Source: a virus (lineage: Duplodnaviria; Heunggongvirae; Uroviricota; Caudoviricetes). From it: a stretch of DNA of 64,000 nucleotides. The stretch lies in IMG/VR virus record IMGVR_UViG_3300026549_000033, positions 131,222-195,221 of that record; one strand, 5' to 3'. Positions 48,411 to 58,331 of the stretch are shown piece after piece. The notes below the pieces were generated by a model. The model was given only the letters and a program-made list of their open reading frames with translations. It did not search any database and had not been told where the DNA came from. A program made the translations under genes and the position numbers. How positions within the stretch are numbered: position 1 is the stretch's first letter; every line of letters begins with the position of its first letter.

Positions 48411-49979
48411 ATGAGTATTTCAGAAAAATGTTTTAATGAAGTAATAGAATTAGTAGAAGAATATATAAATGAGCTTAATGCAGCTACGGTTAATAATGCT
48501 TTAAATAAAAGAATTGACCAAGACATAGAAGCTGACGAAAAAGATAGAGTTAATTTTAATAATATTCTTAAAATAAAAGACAGAGACGAGAGAGCTAAAG
48601 CTTATAAGGACTTCAAGAAAAAGTATGACGAAAGAAATGCTATAATAGATAAAAGAATGGATAGGTATGAAGCTTATGCAAAAAGACATCCTGAAATCCT
48701 TGAAGCTGTAGAAAAGTACGTAGATAATGACGGAAATACTCATGAACTTGAGTTCAGTGCTAATAAGAATAAGTATAAATTTGACCATAAAATAAATGGA
48801 AAATCTGTAGTTTCAGCAGTAGATTCCGAACCTAATGCAAATTATGAAAGAAAGCATGCTATTAAAAACTATGGCCTTAAAAAGGTAGAAGAAGCTCTTT
48901 CTCTTATGGAGGAAATTATAAATGAAGTTTCTATAGGTAAATGGAAAGAAGCTGCTAAGAGTTCTTTACCTAAGAGGAAAGAAGAAGCTGAGAAAGCTGA
49001 GGCTACTTCAAAACAAATATGGAAAGATTATGAAGAAGGAGTAAAAAAGTCTCCTGAAGATGAAGAGACTCTTTACAAAAGAGCTTCTTATGACGACGCT
49101 GCAAATTATGACGATAAAATTAAAAAAGGAAGTAGGGCAGACCACGCAGAGGCGGTGGCTGACCTTAATGTTTCTAATGAAAAGTCATCTGCGAATAAGC
49201 TACTGAAGGCAGCTTCTAAAGTTTCAAACAATAGGGAAGACGAATTTGGAAGAAACCCAAGTGCAAGAACTTTAAAGAGAGCAGTTAAAGCAGGGAATTT
49301 AGCTTATAACGACCCTATAACTTCGAGGTCTGAATTTAATTTTAAATCAGAGGCTCTCATAGAAGAAGCTGACCACCATGCTAATTCAAAGAACCCTGTA
49401 GTTAAGATAACGGATAAAAATTACAGAGTAGCTTCAGGGAAATCTCTTCCCGGCCCTTTTAATAAAAATCATGTAGGACAATACATTGTTTATAATAAAG
49501 ATACAGACGCTTCTTATTTAGTAACTCCCGATAATTGGAAGAAATCTAAAATAAAAAGAGACTTAGAAAGACAAGGCAAATTTTATGAAGCCTTAGAAGA
49601 AGCTATAAGTGCTCTTTTGGAATATACTGAAGCAGATAAAAAGAAAGCAGCTAAGAAAGTTCTTGACGATAGAAAAAGAGAATACCTTTCTAAATATGCT
49701 AATGTTTTGGACGCTGCAGATATAGACGGTTCTGAGAATGTTCCTGACGGAGACATGAAAGATTTGGAAAGAGCAGAAAAAAGATACGAGCATGCTAAAA
49801 AGGTAGCAAATGAAGCTTTGGAAGAAACTCTTAAGATTTTAGAGCTTTTTGATAGACCTGATTTATTGAATGATATAGATACAGCTTTAGGGTCTCCTAT
49901 AAAGAAAACTTTTCAGAAAGCTATAAGTAGCATAACAGCTCCTAAGAAAGAGAAAAAAGTTAAAGAGTGTAAGAAGTAA
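48411..49979 (+). CDS. Putative internal head polyprotein
   Basis: ISEKCFNEVIELVEEYINE, EEALSLMEEIINE, EALEEAISALLE, EALEETLKILE. Confidence 0.6.
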   Translation: MSISEKCFNEVIELVEEYINELNAATVNNALNKRIDQDIEADEKDRVNFNNILKIKDRDERAKAYKDFKKKYDERNAIIDKRMDRYEAYAKRHPEILEAVEKYVDNDGNTHELEFSANKNKYKFDHKINGKSVVSAVDSEPNANYERKHAIKNYGLKKVEEALSLMEEIINEVSIGKWKEAAKSSLPKRKEEAEKAEATSKQIWKDYEEGVKKSPEDEETLYKRASYDDAANYDDKIKKGSRADHAEAVADLNVSNEKSSANKLLKAASKVSNNREDEFGRNPSARTLKRAVKAGNLAYNDPITSRSEFNFKSEALIEEADHHANSKNPVVKITDKNYRVASGKSLPGPFNKNHVGQYIVYNKDTDASYLVTPDNWKKSKIKRDLERQGKFYEALEEAISALLEYTEADKKKAAKKVLDDRKREYLSKYANVLDAADIDGSENVPDGDMKDLERAEKRYEHAKKVANEALEETLKILELFDRPDLLNDIDTALGSPIKKTFQKAISSITAPKKEKKVKECKK

Positions 49980-50264
49980 ATGCAAGACAACATACAAGGA
50001 GCAATCTCCAAAGCAGAGTTTAAAATAAAGAATGGAAAGCTTAAGATAAAAAAGGTTAAGCTTAAATCTGACGTTGCTGATAAAATAGACGAACTTTCAG
50101 CAAAAGTAATGAATGATACTGTTCCTGTGCAAGTTCGTAAAAAGATAAATAAAGAAGTAAGAGACGATATAAACCCCGCTAAAGGAGCTCATAATATTGT
50201 TGCAGACACTAAAGCTAAAATCTCTAAGGAAATAGGTAGAGATTTAGGTATGGATATGTCTTAA
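49980..50264 (+). CDS. Small basic hypothetical protein
   Basis: 94-aa ORF abutting the previous stop. Confidence 0.55.
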   Translation: MQDNIQGAISKAEFKIKNGKLKIKKVKLKSDVADKIDELSAKVMNDTVPVQVRKKINKEVRDDINPAKGAHNIVADTKAKISKEIGRDLGMDMS

Positions 50265-50267
50265 GTT

Positions 50268-50444
50268 TTATTTCTTTTCCAATTCTTCTCTTGTTAAGAA
50301 CCCGCCCGCAATTAAGGACCCCTCTATCCTTAGGAGCTCAACTACTGCTTTATTAGGGTTTTCTTCAGACATAGTTTTATATTTTGCTATAAGAGCATTC
50401 GTTAATCTGCACCATAGTTCTGTTGCTGTAAGTTGTTCTGTCAT
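50268..50444 (-). CDS. 58-aa hypothetical protein
   Basis: MTEQLTATELW...; ATGA-coupled to 50441..50557. Confidence 0.5.
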   Translation of the reverse strand: MTEQLTATELWCRLTNALIAKYKTMSEENPNKAVVELLRIEGSLIAGGFLTREELEKK

Positions 50445-50557
50445 TTTATTATCCTTTCCATAAGATTATTCCAAAGAATTTCTATTTCTTTTAGAAATTC
50501 TTTTTGTTCTTCTTCATTTTCAAAATAGAACTTATTATTTTTTATAAACATGCTCAT
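50441..50557 (-). CDS. 38-aa hypothetical protein
   Basis: Fills the gap in an early minus-strand operon. Confidence 0.4.
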   Translation of the reverse strand: MSMFIKNNKFYFENEEEQKEFLKEIEILWNNLMERIIK

Positions 50558-50560
50558 ACC

Positions 50561-50890
50561 TTAAAATTCATAATCATAGTACTTTTCTCTAACACCTAAG
50601 ATAAATCTTGTAGAACCTTTAAGTACTTTCCAACCTTTTTTAGTATTTATAAGAGTTTTTATGGTACCCTCAGGGTCCCTTGTAATTTCCCACTCCTGAT
50701 CATAAAAGTGATTTCCTATATTCTTAGCTTGATCTGCTCGCACTTTAATTTTATTTTTAGAAATAATTTCTACTACAGTATAAGGGTCTCTATCAGACCA
50801 ACTTAATTGAGTGCAACCCATTCCTACAGTAGGTATAATGTCTTGAGGTCCTTCCATAAGTCTGTTATTTAAGTTTCCGTACCATTCCAT
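50561..50890 (-). CDS. Phage hypothetical protein (early)
   Basis: PTVGMGCT...WSDRDPYTV; TTGTAC-17-TATACT promoter and AAGGAG RBS upstream. Confidence 0.65.
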   Translation of the reverse strand: MEWYGNLNNRLMEGPQDIIPTVGMGCTQLSWSDRDPYTVVEIISKNKIKVRADQAKNIGNHFYDQEWEITRDPEGTIKTLINTKKGWKVLKGSTRFILGVREKYYDYEF

Positions 50891-50968
50891 TTTGTTAGCT
50901 CCTTTTTATTATACTTATAGTATAGCAAATATTATGAGCAAGTACAAGGTTATTTTAAAATTGTAATA

Positions 50969-52648
50969 CTATTCTTCAGAGTACTTTTGAGAGTAAACAG
51001 AAATAAATTGCATTTTACCTGAAGGGTCGCCTTCTTCTTTACCTATGTTACAAGTTATATAGTCAGACGTATTAGCAGTAGTTAGGTCAGGTATTCTATC
51101 AAAATACATGTACTTAGGTAATTTTTTGTACAAGTTTTCTTTAGTGGTTTCAGTAGGTTTAACAAGTCCTGCTAATATTCCTATGTAATCTTTACATTGA
51201 TTAAAGTTGTCAACCATAAATTCTCCCATAGGGAATATATCTTTAGCATTATCCGACACTGTAGTTACGTCTATGAGAACTTCTGCATTAGCAGAAGAAT
51301 CAGGAATTGGAAGATATAACTTAGGACAAGTGTTAGTGTAATTATAATCAGAAATTTCTCCTGTTACAGTTATAGTATTGGTAGATTGTGCTGCAACAGG
51401 GAAGTTAGTTATAATTGTTTCTCCGTTTTCTATAGTATGAATAGTAATTGTGGCTCCTGTTAGAGTTAAATCTGTGTCTTCGGTAAGAGTAATAACATTA
51501 CTTGCGATGTCTTCTATATTTCCTAAAAATACTTCTTTTATTAAAGTGGCAGTACCTGTGAAGTTTGTAGGAATTTCTTCTTCCACGGTTATAACACTTC
51601 CTGATATGGCTTCTACTGTATAAGTTCCATTACAAGATATAGTTTCGTATGTATCTGTTACTGTAGCTCCTGATACTAAAATAAGGTCTCCAACTAATAT
51701 ATCTGTAGGAGAGCTTGTCAAAGTTATTTGACGAGTATCTCTTTCCATTTTAGATATAGAATATTGAGCTGCCAAAACATAGCATTCCTTATATGGGAAG
51801 GAATAAGCATAAGGCATGGTCTCATTCACTTTAAGAATATTATCACCTATAGCAGTTACTGTGTACTCTCCGTCTGCAGAGTACTCTGTGTCAGTGTCTT
51901 CCATGTATGTGTTGGCTCCTGAAAGTATAACTTTATTGTAACCTTGTAAGTCGTCTGGAGTTATATTTTCAGAAAGAGTAATAGTGTTATCTGTAGTACT
52001 TGTTGAAGTTACATATCCTATTTGTGCTAAATTTGCTGTATTTTTAGGGTCATACGTGCATATATATGTAGCATTTGAAGTATTACTATAATTAGATAAA
52101 ATAAATTTATTATTGTAGAAGTACTCTTCTGTATCTGCATTCAAAATTACTTGATTATAGCATGTCGGATAATAGTAAGACAATAATAACGAATAAAAAT
52201 ATCTCATATCCATAGTGGAAATTAAAAGTCCTAAGGTGTTTTTATAAAAGGAAAGGATACGAGGTATACGAACGTTTCGAGGGGATTCATTCAAAGTAAG
52301 GTCATATATTATAGTGGAATTCATAATATATAACTTTTTCTTTTCACAGTCTATTGTTAGAGGGTACTCGTCGAAGTCATTGAATTGAAGAGTATGAATG
52401 TACGCTCCTGTATCTTGAATAGTAAAATAGACTTTATATAAATCTTCCGTATAGTCTTTTAGTTCTTGAAGTTCTTCGTCTGTAATGGTAGTTATTTCCA
52501 AAGCAGCTAAAACTTCTTGAATGTCTGCTACCGTATTCCTGTAGGTGGTGTATTCTTTATTAGTTACATAGAATTGTTGCTTTATATAATTAAAGCCCAC
52601 TCTCGTATCTGTGTCTATATCTATATATCTTTTATTAGTGTTTGTCAT
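50969..52648 (-). CDS. Virion structural protein with repeated beta-barrel modules
   Basis: Repeated GxYTVxAIxxxxITV-type segments; late motif upstream. Confidence 0.5.
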   Translation of the reverse strand: MTNTNKRYIDIDTDTRVGFNYIKQQFYVTNKEYTTYRNTVADIQEVLAALEITTITDEELQELKDYTEDLYKVYFTIQDTGAYIHTLQFNDFDEYPLTIDCEKKKLYIMNSTIIYDLTLNESPRNVRIPRILSFYKNTLGLLISTMDMRYFYSLLLSYYYPTCYNQVILNADTEEYFYNNKFILSNYSNTSNATYICTYDPKNTANLAQIGYVTSTSTTDNTITLSENITPDDLQGYNKVILSGANTYMEDTDTEYSADGEYTVTAIGDNILKVNETMPYAYSFPYKECYVLAAQYSISKMERDTRQITLTSSPTDILVGDLILVSGATVTDTYETISCNGTYTVEAISGSVITVEEEIPTNFTGTATLIKEVFLGNIEDIASNVITLTEDTDLTLTGATITIHTIENGETIITNFPVAAQSTNTITVTGEISDYNYTNTCPKLYLPIPDSSANAEVLIDVTTVSDNAKDIFPMGEFMVDNFNQCKDYIGILAGLVKPTETTKENLYKKLPKYMYFDRIPDLTTANTSDYITCNIGKEEGDPSGKMQFISVYSQKYSEE

Positions 52649-52802
52649 GTCTTATCCTTACTATGAAATAAAATTTAATGTAGAAAGTTGATATGTATAG
52701 TTTAATAAAATGAGCAATATTACGTTAAATTAACTTCAGTAAATTATTACTATTAAATTATATTTTCAGATTAAATAGTTTAAATTAAGAAAGGCTTTTA
52801 TA

Positions 52803-53831
52803 ATGGAGAATCAAGTAAAAAGTTTTTTAGAAGAAGGTTATGATTTTATTGAAGAGAGTTTTTCTGCAGAACCATTAACATACACAGAAGTTGAAGATTA
52901 TGAAATATCTGAAGCTGAAGCAGAAAAAAGTCCTTATAAAATATTAGGTAAATGCTGTGGTAACTTCCAACCTATTGGTGTACAATCACGAAATTCAAGA
53001 ATTTATGAGAATGACCACTGGAATGTTCAACTATTAAAACCTGAAGTTCAGGAAAGATTAAAGTCTCGTTCTATGATGGGTACTTTGGGGCACTTTGATA
53101 GAAAAGTAACAGACGAAGATATTAGAGAAGGTAGAGTTTCTCACTTAGTTACGAAATTAGAAGTTCATGAAGATAAAAATGGAAAACCTTTCTTATATGG
53201 AGAACTTGAAATATTAGATACTCCTGCGGGTAGAATTCTTGAAGCTATGTACAAAGGTGGGGCAAACCTTTATGTTTCAAGTAGAGGTGCAGGTAAATTA
53301 ATTTCAGTTCCTGGGGATATGCTGAAACACGTTGATAAAGATTCTTTCTATTTTGAGGGATTTGACGTAGTTAAGTCTCCTGGGTTTTTACAAGCACGCC
53401 CTGTTTATGAGGGAGTTTCGGAAGACAAGAAGGAAGTTGTTCATGAATCAAAAGAGGAGGGTGTTTCAGTTTCTAAATTTGAACCTATTTCAGTTTCTGA
53501 ATTTGAACCTGTAACCGTAGTTACTGAAAAACAAGTTGAAGAACTTAAAGGTCAGATAGATAAACTTGCTAAGATAGTTGAAAAAGTAGTAGACGACGTT
53601 TATGAAGAACCTGTAGAGGAGTCAAAAGAAAAACCTGAAGAAAAGGTTATGGCAGAAAAACCTGCTGAACCTGAACATATGCAAGAGCAACCTATAGTTC
53701 CTCCGAAGAAAGAAAAAGCAAATGAAGCTCTTGCAGAATTTGTTTCTCTGATGGCTTCAACAAATATTTCAGAAGAAGCTTTCGAACAGATTATAGATAC
53801 TATAGCTAAGGCAAGAGGAGTACAGGAATAA
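52803..53831 (+). CDS. Prohead core protease (T4 gp21-like)
   Basis: NSRIY, MGTLGH, VSH, ILDTPAGRIL, VSSRGAG, FDVV.SP. Confidence 0.9.
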   Translation: MENQVKSFLEEGYDFIEESFSAEPLTYTEVEDYEISEAEAEKSPYKILGKCCGNFQPIGVQSRNSRIYENDHWNVQLLKPEVQERLKSRSMMGTLGHFDRKVTDEDIREGRVSHLVTKLEVHEDKNGKPFLYGELEILDTPAGRILEAMYKGGANLYVSSRGAGKLISVPGDMLKHVDKDSFYFEGFDVVKSPGFLQARPVYEGVSEDKKEVVHESKEEGVSVSKFEPISVSEFEPVTVVTEKQVEELKGQIDKLAKIVEKVVDDVYEEPVEESKEKPEEKVMAEKPAEPEHMQEQPIVPPKKEKANEALAEFVSLMASTNISEEAFEQIIDTIAKARGVQE

Positions 53832-55435
53832 TGAATTACGCTTCCCTTTTTAATATACTTTATTCAGTAGAAATTTCTGAGGATACAAAAACCGATATTA
53901 TAAATAAAATAGATTACCCTGTTCAGGAAGCTTATGAAGTAGAACCTTTGGTAGAAACTTATTTAGAACTTATAGATACTTTAGTATTTTCTACAGCTTC
54001 AGAAGCTCTTATATATAATATTATAGATGAAACTTTTGCTTCTTTAAGTGAAGAATTTATAAATGAAGTTTCTAATGAATGGATTAAAAGAAAAACCGAA
54101 GCAGGGTTAAAATCAAGAGAGCAAGCTGTTAAAAGAGCTAACGATAGTGTAAAGAGTGGAGTTATTGGTTTATCACAATTAAATAGACAAGATAAAGCAC
54201 AGCAAAGATTAGATAAAGGAAGAGCTCAAGTAGCTGCAAGAACTCCGAATACCGTTGAGCCGAAAGCAGAAACTCCTAAAGCTGAGGGTGCTATGGGTAA
54301 GTTAAAATCTGCTGTAGGTAAAGTTAAAAAATGGGCAAGCGGAGCAGATGATAGTTCTAATTATGTTGGATTATCTCGTTTAATTGGAGCTAAAGCAAAT
54401 AAAGATAACATAGGAGCAGAAACATTAAGAAAGCAAACTACAGAAAAAACAGAAGCTCCAAAAGCTGAAACTACACAACCTGAAGTTAAAACTGAAGCTC
54501 CTAAGAAAACGAAAGCTACTAAGACTGCTAAAGTTGAAGCTCCAAAAGCTGAAACTACACAACCTGAAGTCAAAGCTGAAGCTCCTAAGAAAACAAAAGC
54601 TACTAAGACTACTAAGACTGCTAAAGTTGAAGCTCCAAAAGCTGAAACTAAACAACCTGAAGTTAAAGCTGAAACTAAACAACCTGAAGTTAAAGCTGAA
54701 GTTAAGGGTGAAGACGCAACAAAGGCAGTTAAAAAAGGAGCTGTTAAAGCTACGGATAACACTGCTAAAGATATAGTAAAAAATGCTAAAAAGAAAGTTA
54801 TGAAAGCAGTAGATACTAAGGCTAAAGCGGAAACTTCAAAAGTAGAGGATAAGAAAGAAGAAGTTAAACAACCTGAAGTAAAAGCAGAAGCTAAGAAAGA
54901 GGAAGTTAAAGCTGAAGCTAAACAACCTGAAGTAAAAGCAGAAGCAAAACCTAAAAAAACTGAAGCTGAAAGATACGAAGCAAAAATGAGAAGGGAAGCT
55001 GAAGCAAGACGTAAAGACCAAGAGAGAGTTCTTCAGATTTTAAAGGATCAAAAGACATCAATGGTATCAAAACCGGGGTATGACGCAAAAGAAGCTCAAG
55101 ATTTAGATAAAAGAATATCTGATTTAGAGAAAAGATTAGGTGACGCTAAAGTACATGAAGCTTTGTCTGATTTAGTTCTTCTTTTACTTAACACAAATAT
55201 CTCGGAATCTTGTTTTGTGGAGGTAATGGAAATGGCAGGAGCAAATAAAGCTAATGCTTTAAAAGTAAAAGATAGATATGACCATGATATGAATACTTCT
55301 TTAGATGATATAAATAAAGATTTAGAGGATGGCAAACCTATGGATATGGAAAAGGTTAAAAAAGCCGAAGAAATAATGAAAAAGAAGGAACACTTTGAAG
55401 AGTTGTTTAAGAAAAAATTCAATGATAATAAGTAA
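53831..55435 (+). CDS. Prohead core/internal protein with Lys-Ala-Glu-Pro repeats
   Basis: EAPKAETTQPEVK repeats; EEFINE and ISESCFVEVME tags. Confidence 0.6.
   Translation: MNYASLFNILYSVEISEDTKTDIINKIDYPVQEAYEVEPLVETYLELIDTLVFSTASEALIYNIIDETFASLSEEFINEVSNEWIKRKTEAGLKSREQAVKRANDSVKSGVIGLSQLNRQDKAQQRLDKGRAQVAARTPNTVEPKAETPKAEGAMGKLKSAVGKVKKWASGADDSSNYVGLSRLIGAKANKDNIGAETLRKQTTEKTEAPKAETTQPEVKTEAPKKTKATKTAKVEAPKAETTQPEVKAEAPKKTKATKTTKTAKVEAPKAETKQPEVKAETKQPEVKAEVKGEDATKAVKKGAVKATDNTAKDIVKNAKKKVMKAVDTKAKAETSKVEDKKEEVKQPEVKAEAKKEEVKAEAKQPEVKAEAKPKKTEAERYEAKMRREAEARRKDQERVLQILKDQKTSMVSKPGYDAKEAQDLDKRISDLEKRLGDAKVHEALSDLVLLLLNTNISESCFVEVMEMAGANKANALKVKDRYDHDMNTSLDDINKDLEDGKPMDMEKVKKAEEIMKKKEHFEELFKKKFNDNK
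54450..54960 (+). repeat. Coding tandem repeats (KAETxQPEV / EAPKKTKATKT)
   Basis: Near-identical DNA units such as gaagctccaaaagctgaaactacacaacctgaagt. Confidence 0.8.
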
Positions 55436-55532
55436 TTTACATTAATTAATATAACTTATTAAATTATTAGATATGTAAATACACATAAATATTCGCTTTA
55501 AATTATACAAATAATAAGAAGAGGAAATTCAC

Positions 55533-56504
55533 ATGAAAAACGATTTAATGAAAAAAGTTGGCGAACTACTTGATTTAGCTGGTTTAGATAAGGAAGTTAT
55601 CAAATCAGTTACTGAAAAGTTAGCTGACGAAGATGTAGTACTAGAAGGAGAAGAAGAAATGCAAGAAGAAGAAAGAGTCGAAGAAGCAGCTTGCCCTATC
55701 AAACACGAAGAGCCTGAAGCTGAAGCTGAAGACGAAAAGAAAGCTCCTACTGATCCTAAAGCTAACGAAGGTGGTTACAACGCAGTTGCTGAAGAATGCA
55801 CTTGTGAAGAAGGCAAATGCACTTGTAAAGACGAAGCTGAAGACACTGAAGTAGAAGCTAAAGCCAATGAATCTGAAGAATCTTCTGAAGAAGAAGAGGA
55901 ACCAAGCATTCAAGAAGCTCTTATTACTTTACTTTCTTTAGTTCAAGAAGCTTATGAGCAAACTGCAACTATGAAAGCTGATTTTGACACTTTGAAAGAA
56001 GAATACGCAAAATTAGTTGCTGAAAAAATCATAGCTGAAGACAAAAAAGAAGACGAAGAAGACGAAGCAGAAGAAGACAATGCTAAAGAAAAAGCAGAGG
56101 CTGCTGAAGCTTCTAAGGACGACGCAAAAGCTAAAGAAGACGAAGAAAAAGGCGAAAAGAAAGACGCCAAAGAAGAAGAGAAAAAAGGCAACGAAGCTAT
56201 GGGCGACGTTAAAGACTTAATGCATGACGAAAAGAAAGATTATGACAAAGCTCATGCAGGCGATGACGAAGTGGAAGTTTGTAAAAAAGAAGACGAAGCT
56301 AAAAAAGCTCACGAATCTTTAGAAGAAACAGCTGAAAAAATCGCTGAAGAAGTAACAGAAATTACTGAAGAAGCTGTTGAAGCTCCTTCAAGAGTTAAAA
56401 TAGCTAAAGCTTATTCTGCTTTCACAAAAATTTCTGAATCAGCAGAAGAAGTTAAGGAAGAAAAGAAAGTACGTAAAGCTTTCACATTATTCCCTAATCT
56501 ATAA
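55533..56504 (+). CDS. Prohead scaffolding protein (T4 gp22-like)
   Basis: Very acidic coiled coil between protease and capsid gene. Confidence 0.7.
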   Translation: MKNDLMKKVGELLDLAGLDKEVIKSVTEKLADEDVVLEGEEEMQEEERVEEAACPIKHEEPEAEAEDEKKAPTDPKANEGGYNAVAEECTCEEGKCTCKDEAEDTEVEAKANESEESSEEEEEPSIQEALITLLSLVQEAYEQTATMKADFDTLKEEYAKLVAEKIIAEDKKEDEEDEAEEDNAKEKAEAAEASKDDAKAKEDEEKGEKKDAKEEEKKGNEAMGDVKDLMHDEKKDYDKAHAGDDEVEVCKKEDEAKKAHESLEETAEKIAEEVTEITEEAVEAPSRVKIAKAYSAFTKISESAEEVKEEKKVRKAFTLFPNL

Positions 56505-56608
56505 TTTTAGGCGGGGAGGCGAAAATCCTCTCCCTGTCTTCAATTAAAGGAATTTAATAGAACTTATTAAATTATACAAATAGTTAACAGTGAAATACAA
56601 GACAAATA

Positions 56609-58234
56609 ATGGAGTTTACACAAATGGCAAAATTCAACAACTTAGAACAAGTAAAAAAAGAATTTTTACTTAGATCAAACGGTGGAGAAAAATTAGGTCT
56701 TCATCAAACTCGTTACAGCGACTTGGACAAATATGCTCCAATCGTTGAAAGACTTTTAGACACAGATTACAACAAAGCGTCTGGTTTCTCATTCTCAGAA
56801 TTGATGGAAGCAGTTTCATTAGTTGCTGACAACTATAGCTCAGCTGACTATGCTAACGCTATCAAAAGAGACCCGCAAGCTGTAAAATTGGACGAATCTT
56901 TGGGTAGAACAGTTGAAGGTGAAAACAACTTCTGGGCTATCTCTGAAGCATTGAACCCTGCAACTACAGCTCAGGCTCCTTACCCTGTTCCGTCAATTGC
57001 GTTGACAACTTATCAGTATGAAAAATCAGTTCTTCCGTATTTGTGTCACCAATTCGACCTTAAAGGTAATCGTGGTTTAGTTTATTACCAAAAAATTAAT
57101 GCTGAAAATGCTAAAGGTAATATTAAAGAAAACGATTTGTTAGGTTCTCCTAAAGAAATGAGCAAACAGCCTTTAGACTTCGTTGGTACTAAAACTGTTG
57201 AAAAAGAAGAATTAGGAACATTGGCTACAGGTGAAACTGATGTAACTGCTACATTAGAATACTTCCCAATCCAACCTGGTTCTTTGGTTATCAACGTTGA
57301 AGGTATGACAGGTTACTTCAAAGACTTTGCTCAAGAAGGAAATCCTGAAGTTGCTGCTCTTTACGCAATCGGTGGTGATTTGGGTAAAGCTACAGTTAAC
57401 TACAAAACTGGTGAAGTTACTATTGAATTGGCTACAGCAGCTGTTCAATCAGGTGGAAAAGTTTATGCTACTTACGCTAGAGACGTTGAAACTGTTGAAG
57501 GCGGAAAAGCTAACATGGCTAGAGTTCAAGTTTCTCTTGAATCTAAACAGTTAGAAGCAGAAGACTTCTCTGTATTCACAGAAACTTCTATCTACCAAGA
57601 AGCACTTTCTAAAGCAATCTTTGGTTTAGATTGGAACTCTCAAGTAGATGAAGCTTTGGCTGCATTGTACAACAAAGAAGTTGCTAACAAAATCGTTGCT
57701 GAAATTAAAGCAGCTATCCCTGCTGAATCAGTAAAAACTCACTCTTTGAACAAAATTGGTGGTGGAAACAACGATTTATTCAACGTACAATTCATTTCTG
57801 TAGTACTTGGTAAATTGGGTGCTTTAATCACTGCAGCTTCTGGTCTTGGTAACAACCAATTGTCAGCTATTGTTATCAATATTGACGTATTACCTATCTT
57901 CAAAGCTCTTCCGAAATTCACAGCTGCTAATGCTGATTTCGAAGAAACTATGGGTGGTATGTTCTTGGCTGGTCTGTATGACGGTATGCCTGTTATCGTT
58001 GGTTTCGATCCAATTGTAACTACTGGCGAAGTCATCGGTATCTACAAAGGTAAGAAAGATTTCTTAACTCCTTATTGTTGGGGTACTTTCATTCTTCCTA
58101 TCATCAGAGATATCTTCGACCAAGACAACTTGGCTGTAAATCGTAAACAGTTAATCGCTTCTGCTGCAGGTGCTGTAGTTGCTGAAAGATTGGCTGCTAA
58201 GATTACTATAACAGATATTGACGATGTTATCTAA
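56609..58234 (+). CDS. Major capsid protein (T4 gp23-like)
   Basis: Gene order, optimised codons, AISE/A cleavage-like site, HK97-type C-terminal motifs, strong terminator. Confidence 0.85.
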   Translation: MEFTQMAKFNNLEQVKKEFLLRSNGGEKLGLHQTRYSDLDKYAPIVERLLDTDYNKASGFSFSELMEAVSLVADNYSSADYANAIKRDPQAVKLDESLGRTVEGENNFWAISEALNPATTAQAPYPVPSIALTTYQYEKSVLPYLCHQFDLKGNRGLVYYQKINAENAKGNIKENDLLGSPKEMSKQPLDFVGTKTVEKEELGTLATGETDVTATLEYFPIQPGSLVINVEGMTGYFKDFAQEGNPEVAALYAIGGDLGKATVNYKTGEVTIELATAAVQSGGKVYATYARDVETVEGGKANMARVQVSLESKQLEAEDFSVFTETSIYQEALSKAIFGLDWNSQVDEALAALYNKEVANKIVAEIKAAIPAESVKTHSLNKIGGGNNDLFNVQFISVVLGKLGALITAASGLGNNQLSAIVINIDVLPIFKALPKFTAANADFEETMGGMFLAGLYDGMPVIVGFDPIVTTGEVIGIYKGKKDFLTPYCWGTFILPIIRDIFDQDNLAVNRKQLIASAAGAVVAERLAAKITITDIDDVI

Positions 58235-58260
58235 TCACGGTTAGACAGTTAAATGAATTA

Positions 58261-58298
58261 AATAAATCCCTCGAATTCGAGGGATTTATTTTTTTTTT
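58261..58298 (+). terminator. Strong intrinsic terminator after the capsid gene
   Basis: AATAAATCCCTCG-AATT-CGAGGGATTTATT plus T tract. Confidence 0.9.
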
Positions 58299-58325
58299 GA
58301 CAATATTTAAATATTGTCCTATAAT
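58297..58325 (+). promoter_or_regulatory. Consensus sigma70 promoter (leaderless)
   Basis: TTGACA-17-TATAAT-6nt-ATG (58332). Confidence 0.8.
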
Positions 58326-58331
58326 AAAAGT

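Noticed and set aside
44815-58035. Many antisense ORFs (for example 44832..45119, 54361..54762, 55641..55913)
   Set aside because: Phe/Ser/Leu-rich shadows of Lys/Glu-rich sense genes
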